Under the pieces are notes generated by a model. The model worked only from the letters and a program-made list of their open reading frames with translations, searched no databases and was not told the origin of the DNA. A DNA stretch of 32,000 nt from Aeropyrum pernix K1 (GTDB lineage: Archaea > Thermoproteota > Thermoprotei_A > Sulfolobales > Acidilobaceae), in the NCBI RefSeq assembly GCF_000011125.1, contig NC_000854.2, positions 210,001 to 242,000 of the forward strand, read 5' to 3'. This document shows positions 16,165-23,799 of the stretch, in pieces. Each line of letters begins with the position of its first letter. The first letter of the stretch is position 1. The position numbers were made by a program, and so were the translations under genes.

Positions 16165-17260
16165 GTTCGATACCGTGGTCGTGGGGGCCGGTGTGGTGGG
16201 CCTCTTCACCGCCATCCAGCTTGCATGGAGGGGGTATAGCGTCGCCGTCGTTGAGGAGCTGGACAGGGTTATGGGTGGTGTAAGCTCTAGGAGTGCCAAC
16301 GTCATACACGTCCTGCAAACTCCGTTCTCAAGCCTCAAGTCGAGGCTGTGTGTCGAGGGTAACAGGCTCCACTTTGTTCTCTCGAGAGAGCTGGGATACA
16401 GTATTGTCGAGGCGCCCCTTATACTCGCGTACAGCGAGGAGTACAAGGCGCCTCTCGCCGCAACAGTCTCAAGGCTCCTCCCGCGGCTTGTCCCCAAGCC
16501 CTCCGCCGATGATGCCGGCCCCGAGATAAGGTTTGAACACCTAAGGGGCCCCAGGCTTAGAGATCTGGAGCCTGGTCTCTCCGACAGGGTCAAGGGGGGT
16601 GTAGTAGTCTACGGATATGGCGTCGTAGACTATAGGAGTCTTGCTTCAAGCTTGGAGAGGAGAGTAAAAAGACTGGGGGAGCTGTTCCTATCCTCCCCGC
16701 TTCGGCGAGTAGAGGAGAGGGGCGGGTATATTCTGCTACACGCTGGTGAGGCGACTCTGGCCGCCAAGGCGGTGGTCAACGCGGCCGGCCTCATGAGCCA
16801 CGTGGTAGCTCGCCTATTCGCCGATAAGGTGCCGAGCCAGACCCCGTTAAAAGGTGTTATGAGCATCCACAGAGGGCCCAGGCTAAGAAGCATAGTGGCG
16901 CCTCTAGAGCTGAGGAGAGGGGAGACCAAGGGGGGAGGGGCTATACCACAATCCGACGGAAGCCTGCTCCTAGGGCCTAACAACGCCGGCCCCACCAAGC
17001 TAGGGGACGAGTCTTACACGAAGGAGGACCTAGACGGGCTCCGGTCAAGGTTCCAACCCCTCCTGGCGGAGCCGGTTGGCGAGCCGTACAGAGTTGTCGT
17101 GGGTCTAAGGCCGGTGGCCCCTGGAAGGGACTTCAAAGTGGCCAGGGGTAAGGGTAGTGTGGTTCACATGGTTGGTATTGAATCGCCAGGGCTGACCGCG
17201 GCTCCCTCGCTAGCAGCTGTAGCGGCCAGTATGATAGACTCTATCCTACGCAGTAAATAG
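16157..17260 (+). CDS. FAD-dependent oxidoreductase (DAO family; glycerol-3-phosphate / 2-hydroxyglutarate dehydrogenase-like)
   Basis: N-terminal Rossmann motif DTVVVGAGVVGLFTAIQLAWRGYSVAVVEE. C-terminal GIESPGLTAAP. The TTG start overlaps the previous stop by 8 nt. Confidence 0.8.
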   Translation: MDRFDTVVVGAGVVGLFTAIQLAWRGYSVAVVEELDRVMGGVSSRSANVIHVLQTPFSSLKSRLCVEGNRLHFVLSRELGYSIVEAPLILAYSEEYKAPLAATVSRLLPRLVPKPSADDAGPEIRFEHLRGPRLRDLEPGLSDRVKGGVVVYGYGVVDYRSLASSLERRVKRLGELFLSSPLRRVEERGGYILLHAGEATLAAKAVVNAAGLMSHVVARLFADKVPSQTPLKGVMSIHRGPRLRSIVAPLELRRGETKGGGAIPQSDGSLLLGPNNAGPTKLGDESYTKEDLDGLRSRFQPLLAEPVGEPYRVVVGLRPVAPGRDFKVARGKGSVVHMVGIESPGLTAAPSLAAVAASMIDSILRSK

Positions 17261-17382
17261 GGTCTAACCAGTGTTTCTGCTCCCACTTTCAAACCCGCTC
17301 CCGCGGCCGCCGACGCAACACTCCCACGATATAATCCTATACTGCTGGACGGTTAGAAGGTGCTTATGAGGTTGGGGGTAGT

Positions 17383-18213
17383 ATGTGGAGGAGCATGCTC
17401 TACGTCCCAGGGGTTGACGAGAGGAAGATCAGAAAGTCGACAAGAGTTGAGGCCGACGCTGTGATCCTGGATCTTGAAGACTCCGTGCCGCAAGGTAGGA
17501 AAGATGAGGCTAGGAGTATTGTTGAGAGGCTGTTAAGAGAGCTGGAGTGGAGCGGGGACGTCTGCGTGAGGGTCAACACCCCCGCCAGCCGGGATGGTAT
17601 TCGGGACCTCGATGCTGTTTCACGCTGGGACAGAGTCTCATGTCTTCTCGTCCCCAAGGCTGAGGCTAGGCTTGACACCGTGTATAAGGCCACGGGAAGG
17701 AGTGTGGTCGCTATAGTGGAGACAGCCCGGGGGTTGCTTAGGGTTGAAGAGGTTGCTTCAAGCGAGGGGCTGGTAGCTCTCAACTGGGGCCCGGCAGACC
17801 TAGCTGCTAGTCTGGGAGCGAGCGTTGAGCCCCTAGACTCGGGCGTCTACACCCCTATTCTAAGGCTCCTGATAGCCTCAGCGGCGAGGTCCTACGGCCT
17901 GGAGCCTGTCGACAAGGTTTACTTTAGGGTGAGAGAGCTGGAGGGGCTTAGGAGGGAGTGCCTCGAGGCCAAGGCTATAGGCTTCAGCGGTAAGACCGTT
18001 ATACACCCAAGCCACGTCCCCATAGTTAACGAGGCGTTCACGCCGTCGAGAGAGGAGGTTGAGAGGGCTAGGAGGGTCGTGGAGGCTTATGAGGAGGCCG
18101 TACGGAAGGGCCTGGGAGCGGTTGCTGTGGAGGATGAGCTTGTGGATGCTGTCCACTATAGGCTGGCATTGAACCTGCTGCGGAGGGCGTCGAGATACGT
18201 GCCTAGAAGGTAG
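17383..18213 (+). CDS. citE: HpcH/HpaI-CitE family lyase (citryl-/malyl-CoA lyase-like)
   Basis: MLYVPG...ADAVILDLEDSV, IVETARGL, GPADLAASLG, GKTVIHPSHV..VNEAFTPS. Confidence 0.85.
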   Translation: MWRSMLYVPGVDERKIRKSTRVEADAVILDLEDSVPQGRKDEARSIVERLLRELEWSGDVCVRVNTPASRDGIRDLDAVSRWDRVSCLLVPKAEARLDTVYKATGRSVVAIVETARGLLRVEEVASSEGLVALNWGPADLAASLGASVEPLDSGVYTPILRLLIASAARSYGLEPVDKVYFRVRELEGLRRECLEAKAIGFSGKTVIHPSHVPIVNEAFTPSREEVERARRVVEAYEEAVRKGLGAVAVEDELVDAVHYRLALNLLRRASRYVPRR

Positions 18214-18308
18214 GGTATATAGAGAAGCAGAAGGGCCCTGTCCCTACCTTCCCCCAATGCCCTTGCACCGATTCACCCTTGTTTTAAGTCTGGCTGCAAC
18301 CTTCTACC

Positions 18309-18815
18309 GTGGTGTCCGGTGTGGAGATAGTTTTGAGGCCTATAGGCTTCGTGAGCCACGGCCTTCCCGACTCAACTGTAAGGGAGAACATCGGCGGTGT
18401 TGAGGGTTTTATTGAGGTCCTCCCGGAGTATGCTCCCGGTTTGGATGGGCTAGCGGGCTTCTCACACATCATAGTCATAGCATACCTCCACAAGTCTAAA
18501 GGCCGGGCACTAAGGGTAAGGCCTAGGGGGCTCCTCAGGCTTGGATTCAGGCTTGAGGACCTCCCCGAGGTTGGAGTGTTCGCCACCGACTCCCCCTCAA
18601 GGCCCAACCCCCTGGCGCTGACGATAGCTCGGCTCCTCGATATAGAGGGCCGGAGGCTCAGGGTCTCGGGCCTGGACCTGTACGACGGCACTCCAGTCCT
18701 CGATATAAAGCCCTACACGCCTTCCAGGCGAGTCGAGGACCTCAGCCTCCCCAGCTGGTATAAGGAGCTCCTGGAAGAGGCGTCTAGGAGGGATCCCCGT
18801 GTGAGGGAGGTGTAG
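18309..18815 (+). CDS. trmO: TsaA/YaeB-like tRNA methyltransferase (TrmO family)
   Basis: LRPIGFV...IEVLPEYAPGLDGLAGFSHIIVIAYLH...RPNPLALTIARLLDIEGRRLRVSGLDLYDGTPVLDIKPY. Confidence 0.85.
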   Translation: MVSGVEIVLRPIGFVSHGLPDSTVRENIGGVEGFIEVLPEYAPGLDGLAGFSHIIVIAYLHKSKGRALRVRPRGLLRLGFRLEDLPEVGVFATDSPSRPNPLALTIARLLDIEGRRLRVSGLDLYDGTPVLDIKPYTPSRRVEDLSLPSWYKELLEEASRRDPRVREV

Positions 18816-18848
18816 CTCAGACCCGCTGCTCCACCTATTCGCCCTGAA

Positions 18849-19709
18849 ATGCAACTGCGTGTAGGTGGTGAGGGCGTCTTGGGCGCAAGGTTCTTTGTGT
18901 CCGTGGATGCGGAGGGAATGCCCTACAGCCCCAGCAGGGTCATGATGATGCCGCGGGACCCCCTCTATGGGGAGCTTAGGAGGATAATGACTAGGGTGAC
19001 TAACATAGTGGTTGAGGAGGTCTTCGCCTCAGGCGCCGAGGGCGTGGTTGTAGCCGACAGCCACGGCTCCATGGTTAACCTCGACCCCTTCGAGATCGAC
19101 GATAGGGTGGAGCTTGTAAGGGGGTTCCCACGTCCCCTAGCCATGGTGTACGGAGCGAGGGGGTGTGCTGCCGCCCTCTTCATAGGATACCACGGGAGCC
19201 CCCAGTCAGGGGGAGTCCTGGGGCACACGTACGCTGGTAGGATAGTCCAAAGAGTCAGGGTCCATGGGAGCGAGGCAGCCACGGAATACCTTCTTAACAC
19301 CTATGCCCTCGGAGAGATGGGTGTTCCCGTCGTGCTGGTGGCCGGCGACTCTGTTCTTGAGGACGAGGTGAGGCGGCACACGCCCTGGGCCGTGTTCGTC
19401 CCCCTCAAAAAACCCGCTTCCTCCCTGGCCGACGTGACGCCCCCGTGGCAGAGGGTTGAGAAGAGCCTCAGGAGCGCCGTCAGAGAGGCGGTAGCCGCCC
19501 GCTCCCTAGAGAGGGCGGAGCCCCTGAAGCCTGCTGAGCCGTGGATAGAGGTTGAGCTCAAGAGACCCTGGCACGCTGATGTAGCGGAGCTGTTCCCATG
19601 CGTCGAGAGGCTCGACGGCGTTACCGTGAGGCTGTCATGCAGCAGCTTCGTAGACAACTATAAGCTGCTGGAGGGTATCGTCATAGCATCATACTCTCTG
19701 GAGCGCTAG
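18849..19709 (+). CDS. peptidase M55 family D-aminopeptidase (DppA-type)
   Basis: FVSVDAEGM, VVADSHGSMVNL, IGYHG, GVLGHTY. The start could instead be the TTG ten codons downstream. Confidence 0.8.
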   Translation: MQLRVGGEGVLGARFFVSVDAEGMPYSPSRVMMMPRDPLYGELRRIMTRVTNIVVEEVFASGAEGVVVADSHGSMVNLDPFEIDDRVELVRGFPRPLAMVYGARGCAAALFIGYHGSPQSGGVLGHTYAGRIVQRVRVHGSEAATEYLLNTYALGEMGVPVVLVAGDSVLEDEVRRHTPWAVFVPLKKPASSLADVTPPWQRVEKSLRSAVREAVAARSLERAEPLKPAEPWIEVELKRPWHADVAELFPCVERLDGVTVRLSCSSFVDNYKLLEGIVIASYSLER

Positions 19710-19718
19710 ACCCTGCAA

Positions 19719-20375
19719 TCACACCTCTCCCCAGCCGGGAGGGCGGGCTCTCGCCAGAGTCTCCCTTATTATTTTCGCCGCGGTGAAGAGAGTCAGCCCC
19801 GAGGGGTCGTGGGGCGGTGATGCTTCGACAACGTCGAACGCCAGCACATCCTCTGGAAGGCTTTTAATAATCCTCACCATCTCCCTGGTAGATAGACCGC
19901 CGGGCTCGGGGTTGCCCACACCTGGCGCGTAGGCAGGATCGAGCACGTCAAGATCGTAGGAGATGTAGTACGGCATGCCCTCTTTCAAATAAGCCGCCAG
20001 GTCCTCAGCCTCCTCAACGCCTAGGACGGTTATACCTGCCTTTTCGGCGAAGTCCAGCTGGCTGGGGGTTGCCGCCCTCACGCCTGCGAGAATAACGTCT
20101 CGCGGATCGACGAACCCCTCCTCCACTATCCTCCTCAGCGTGCAGGCATGGCTATACCTGTCGCCCTCGTACTCGTCGTAAAGGTCAGGATGGGCGTCGA
20201 GATATACCAGGCCCAGCCTACCCCTATAAAAAGACCTTAGGGCCCTGAGAGTGGCATATGTTATGGAGTGGTCTCCACCCAGGAATATGAAGAGCCTGCC
20301 TCCCCGGAGAGAGGCGACCTTCTCCTCAACAGCACTCACCACCTCCCTATAGCTCCTTGCCGTCACGTCACCCAA
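19719..20375 (-). CDS. speB: agmatinase / ureohydrolase family (ORF as delimited lacks the conserved N-terminal strand)
   Basis: GGDHSITYA, YLDAHPDLYDEY, YISYDLDVLDPAYAPGVGNPEPGG. The same frame is open and ureohydrolase-like for 65 more codons, up to 20570 (LLFGIPRS..LALLGVAWDGSSSYRRGAAAAPPALREAT). That stretch contains no ATG, GTG or TTG. Confidence 0.8.
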   Translation of the reverse strand: MGDVTARSYREVVSAVEEKVASLRGGRLFIFLGGDHSITYATLRALRSFYRGRLGLVYLDAHPDLYDEYEGDRYSHACTLRRIVEEGFVDPRDVILAGVRAATPSQLDFAEKAGITVLGVEEAEDLAAYLKEGMPYYISYDLDVLDPAYAPGVGNPEPGGLSTREMVRIIKSLPEDVLAFDVVEASPPHDPSGLTLFTAAKIIRETLARARPPGWGEV

Positions 20376-20610
20376 GTCGATGTAACTCCATTTACCAGCC
20401 AGGTTGACGAGGTCCTCCGAGTAGCTGTTATACAGCTTTGATGATGTGGCCTCCCGTAGGGCGGGGGGCGCCGCTGCCGCCCCCCTCCTATAGCTGGAAG
20501 AGCCGTCCCAGGCAACTCCAAGCAGGGCGAGGTTGGGCCTACCGGATCTCGGGATGCCGAAGAGCAGGCCTCACACCCCAGGGGTCTCCCGCGGGCTGCT
20601 GAGGCGTGTC

Positions 20611-22020
20611 CTAGGTCCTGCCGCCGGAGGGTATGCCGCACTTTTCCTTGACAGCCCTAAGCACCCTCTCGAACAACGCCCTAGCCTCCTCCTCGCTCCT
20701 GGCCTCCAACATTATCCTTACAACGGGCTCCGTGCCGCTGGGCCTTACGAGAACCCAGTACCCCTCGCCTATGACTTTCACACCGTCGATGGTGACCATC
20801 CTCTCGCCCTGGAACTCCTGCTTGACAGCCTCCACGGCACATAGCGCCTCCTCCCTAGACGCCGGTATCTTTGTTTTTATCGGGTGGTAGCTGGGGAGTC
20901 TATCCAGGAGTGAGGACAAGCTCTCCCCCGTCGCCCTCAGCATAGCCAATAGGAGGGCCGCCTTCATCCCCCCGTCCCTAACATACTGGTGCGGTGGGTG
21001 CATGTAGCCGCCGTTCTCCTCAAAGGCTGCTATACCCCCCTGGGTCAGTATAGCCCTGGCTATTATGGGGGCTCCAACGGGTGTCCAAACAACCTCTATG
21101 CCGCGGGGGCGTAGATAGTCTTCCACAACTATGCTGCTAGACACGCCTGTGTAGACCTTGAGCGGGCCCTTCGCCAGCCCCACCTCGGCGACAAACCCTG
21201 CCAGGAGGGCGCCGCTCCTATCGCCCCACACGACCCGGCCTCTATCATCGATTACAATAGCCCTATCCCCATCAGCATCATGGCCCACGCCAAATACTGC
21301 ACCCGAGGACCTCACCAGACTAGCCGCTGGCCCCAGAGTATCGGGAGTCGGCTCCGGATCCCTGGAGGAGAACAGGGGGTCGGGCTTGCAGCTGAGGGGT
21401 ATAGGCCTGGCCCCCAGCCTCTTTAGTATCTCGACTGTTGTGAAGCTAGTTGCCCCGCCGCCGCAGTCCACGACAACCCTCTCCCCGCCGCCGCGCTGGG
21501 TGAAGGCTGAAACGTTTTCAACCACCCTGTTAACATAATAGTCGACGGCGTCGTGGACGCGTTTGGGCTGGCCAGCGACGCTCCTCCACTCGACAGTCGA
21601 AAACTTGCCCTCCCAGAATAGAGCCTCAATGCCCTCCTCTACATCCCTAGGAACCTCAACACCATCACCACCCACAACCTTTATCCCATTATACTCCGGA
21701 GGGTTGTGGCTTGCAGTCACCATAACACCGGCATCGTAGCCGTGATCCCTAACATAAAGCTGCAGAGCTGGGGTAGGCAGGGTGCCGGCGAGGTGGACCT
21801 CCACGCCCTCGAAAGCAAGGCCAGCAGCCACAAGACCCTCGAAAAGCTCCCCTCCAGACCTGGTATCCCTGCCAACGAGAATCCTACTACCCCTGCCAAA
21901 GTAAGCCCCAATGGCCCTGGCAAGCCTGAGGACGAACTCGGGAGTCAGCTCCGACCCTATAACGCCCCTCACGCCATCAGTCCCGAAAAGCCTCCTCCTC
22001 GACAACCCGGCACCACCCAT
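20611..22020 (-). CDS. alpha-D-phosphohexomutase (phosphoglucosamine / phosphomanno-gluco-mutase)
   Basis: FGTDGVRG, phosphoserine loop TASHNPPEYNGIK, metal loop GHDADGDR, FEENGGY, RPSGTEP. Confidence 0.9.
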   Translation of the reverse strand: MGGAGLSRRRLFGTDGVRGVIGSELTPEFVLRLARAIGAYFGRGSRILVGRDTRSGGELFEGLVAAGLAFEGVEVHLAGTLPTPALQLYVRDHGYDAGVMVTASHNPPEYNGIKVVGGDGVEVPRDVEEGIEALFWEGKFSTVEWRSVAGQPKRVHDAVDYYVNRVVENVSAFTQRGGGERVVVDCGGGATSFTTVEILKRLGARPIPLSCKPDPLFSSRDPEPTPDTLGPAASLVRSSGAVFGVGHDADGDRAIVIDDRGRVVWGDRSGALLAGFVAEVGLAKGPLKVYTGVSSSIVVEDYLRPRGIEVVWTPVGAPIIARAILTQGGIAAFEENGGYMHPPHQYVRDGGMKAALLLAMLRATGESLSSLLDRLPSYHPIKTKIPASREEALCAVEAVKQEFQGERMVTIDGVKVIGEGYWVLVRPSGTEPVVRIMLEARSEEEARALFERVLRAVKEKCGIPSGGRT

Positions 22021-22099
22021 TGGGAAACATAGTCTAGTAGCCAGCTAATAATACTGGAACCGGCTCGCACGACATGAGTGAAGACTGTAACTAGCGGTT

Positions 22100-22164
22100 T
22101 CAGCACTCAAGACCCTCCTCATCCCACCCCCTACAGGGGCGGTAGGGCCCGCTAGGTTCATCAC
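22100..22164 (-). ncRNA. candidate box C/D sRNA (atypically long C-to-C' spacer)
   Basis: Minus strand: C box GUGAUGA (22164-22158), C'-like GGGAUGA (22125-22119), a 15-nt spacer, then D box CUGA (22103-22100). ATTTTATTAT (22198-22189) is centred about 29 nt upstream of the C box. It shares GTGATGAAC and TGGGATGAGGA with the candidate at 25686-25739. Confidence 0.35.
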
Positions 22165-22222
22165 TCCACGATTAACTCCCATAAGCCCATAATAAAATAG
22201 GGTTTAGGGCCTAGTTTAGGGC

Positions 22223-22765
22223 TTACGCCTTGGGCACGGGTGTGGGTGCCAGGAGTCCTCTGGCTTCCAGGAGTCGCATGAACTCTCTCATCCAGTAGGG
22301 TATGTCCGGCGGGTACCTAGAGCTCACTAGGTTGCCGTCAACAACAACAGGCTCGTCCACCCAGTTACCACCTGCGGCTATGACATCGTCCTTAACGCCC
22401 CAGTAGCTCGTCAGCCTTCTCCCCTTGACAACGCCAGCGCTTATCAGAACCTGGGGTCCGTGGCAAATCGTAGCCACGGGCTTGTTCTTCTCGAAGAAGT
22501 GGCGCACAATGTTGAGAGCAGCCTCATGCAGCCTCACCCTCTCGGGAGCCCTGCCGCCGGGTATAACGAGGACGTCGAACTCCTCTGGCTTGACTTCTTC
22601 GAACGATAGCTTCGCCTCGACTTTATAGCCCATCTTGCCCTTAATCTCTCCCCTACTGGGAGCCGCCACCAGGGTCTCGAAGCCAGCCTCTACGAGCCTG
22701 TAGTAAGGGTATAGGAGTTCCACATCCTCAAAACCGTCAGCCGATATAATGAGTGCCCGGGGCAT
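22223..22765 (-). CDS. pfpI: DJ-1/PfpI family intracellular protease/deglycase
   Basis: Nucleophile elbow ATICHGPQVLISAG. Length and overall pattern match PfpI. Confidence 0.9.
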   Translation of the reverse strand: MPRALIISADGFEDVELLYPYYRLVEAGFETLVAAPSRGEIKGKMGYKVEAKLSFEEVKPEEFDVLVIPGGRAPERVRLHEAALNIVRHFFEKNKPVATICHGPQVLISAGVVKGRRLTSYWGVKDDVIAAGGNWVDEPVVVDGNLVSSRYPPDIPYWMREFMRLLEARGLLAPTPVPKA

Positions 22766-22912
22766 CTCATCTTCACCGTAGTATTATATCTAGCGGGGGA
22801 GGTTAAAATCCGCTGCGTCTCTAAATTAGGGCAGTCGGCCTTCAAGAAACAGTTTTCCCAACAGCTTTGGAAGAAAGGGGAGGGTCGGGTAGAGTTTATG
22901 CTAGGCCTACGT

Positions 22913-23260
22913 CTAGGCCTGTACGGGGTCCACCTTCACCCCGTACTTCTGCCTCCACTCCTCGAAAGCCTTCTTCTCCTCCTCGTTCAGCTCTCTGCCC
23001 AGCCTGTACCAGCCAGCTTTCTCTGTCTTCAGCTCTTCAGGCGCCTCTTCAACCTTGTAGATGCAGTTCACCGGACAGCTCTCTATACAGCTGAAATCGT
23101 CCTGGCACTTCTCCCATATTAGCCTGGCCTTCATGTTCTCGTCGAACTCAAGAGCGTCGTAGGGACATACCTCTATACATGCTCCACAGCTTATGCAAGT
23201 GTCCTGGTCGATCGCCACCCTGACGAAATTAGCTAAGCTGCTCATAGCGCTCCACCACAT
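22913..23260 (-). CDS. dicluster-type 4Fe-4S ferredoxin with a charged C-terminal extension
   Basis: CISCGACIEVCP (C-x2-C-x2-C-x3-CP) and C-x6-C-x3-CP (CQDDFSCIESCP). The start may be the second Met (MSSLANF). Confidence 0.8.
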   Translation of the reverse strand: MWWSAMSSLANFVRVAIDQDTCISCGACIEVCPYDALEFDENMKARLIWEKCQDDFSCIESCPVNCIYKVEEAPEELKTEKAGWYRLGRELNEEEKKAFEEWRQKYGVKVDPVQA

Positions 23261-23403
23261 GTAGACTAGTGTCTTGTAGGGATTAATAAGAGTTAGTATA
23301 GTATAGCGGCGTTAACACTGGGCCTTCACCCTATATGAGCTGTGGAACACCGCGGAGGGAGGGCTCACCCGGTATTATAGCCGGGCCGGCTGTAAGATAG
23401 GGT

Positions 23404-23799
23404 TTGGTGGGTCTAGGGTTGTCTGGTCTGGGGGAGTTTCTGGAGGAGGTTGTGAGGGAGGCCTCCAGGAGGGGGTTCTCTGTGGAGAAAAGGAGTTCTC
23501 GGGGGGTTGTGCTGAGGTATGAGGACACGCCTCTCGCCCTGGAGGTTGCCACCGCTGGGGGGTCTATAGTGATTGATGCAGTGTCTCTTGGCGATGTGGA
23601 GGATATTTTCGAGGATTATGAGGATAGCGTGGAGGAGCTTAGAAACAAGGTGGAGGAGCTTCTAGACGAAGTTGAATCCCTCGGGGACCTCGTCTCGGGG
23701 CTGGCGAGAAAGTTCGGCTTCAACGTGGAGGCCAGGTATAGGAGGTCACTCCTCGACTTCAGAGACGCGTTGGAGGACTATATAGAAACCATGTACTAG
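23404..23799 (+). CDS. acidic hypothetical protein
   Basis: 131-aa ORF with protein-like composition. TTG/GTG start. I recognise no motif. Its stop overlaps the XPD stop at a shared CTAG. Confidence 0.45.
   Translation: MVGLGLSGLGEFLEEVVREASRRGFSVEKRSSRGVVLRYEDTPLALEVATAGGSIVIDAVSLGDVEDIFEDYEDSVEELRNKVEELLDEVESLGDLVSGLARKFGFNVEARYRRSLLDFRDALEDYIETMY

Noticed and set aside
14718-16593. Long ORFs antisense to or overlapping the GC-rich genes (for example 14718..15179 -, 16060..16593 -, 15563..15790 +, 16293..16529 +). The same pattern occurs elsewhere: 24340..24990 +, 25005..25565 +, 26560..27120 +, 27451..27969 +, 11950..12600 +, 5194..5586 +, 21158..21538 +.
   Set aside because: They are Ser/Arg/Pro/Leu-rich, lack motifs, and lie opposite genes with strong family signatures. 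This is the expected stop-codon-poor shadow frame in GC-rich DNA.
20363-20641. 92-aa ORF between the agmatinase and mutase genes that could be taken for the missing agmatinase N-terminus.
   Set aside because: Its translation has no ureohydrolase similarity, and its start lies inside the mutase gene. The agmatinase-like residues are in the same frame as the 218-aa ORF instead.
23796-23799. Convergent genes (the 131-aa ORF and XPD) share a palindromic CTAG that supplies TAG stops on both strands.
   Set aside because: It is real but an ordinary consequence of genome compaction, with no functional implication I can support.
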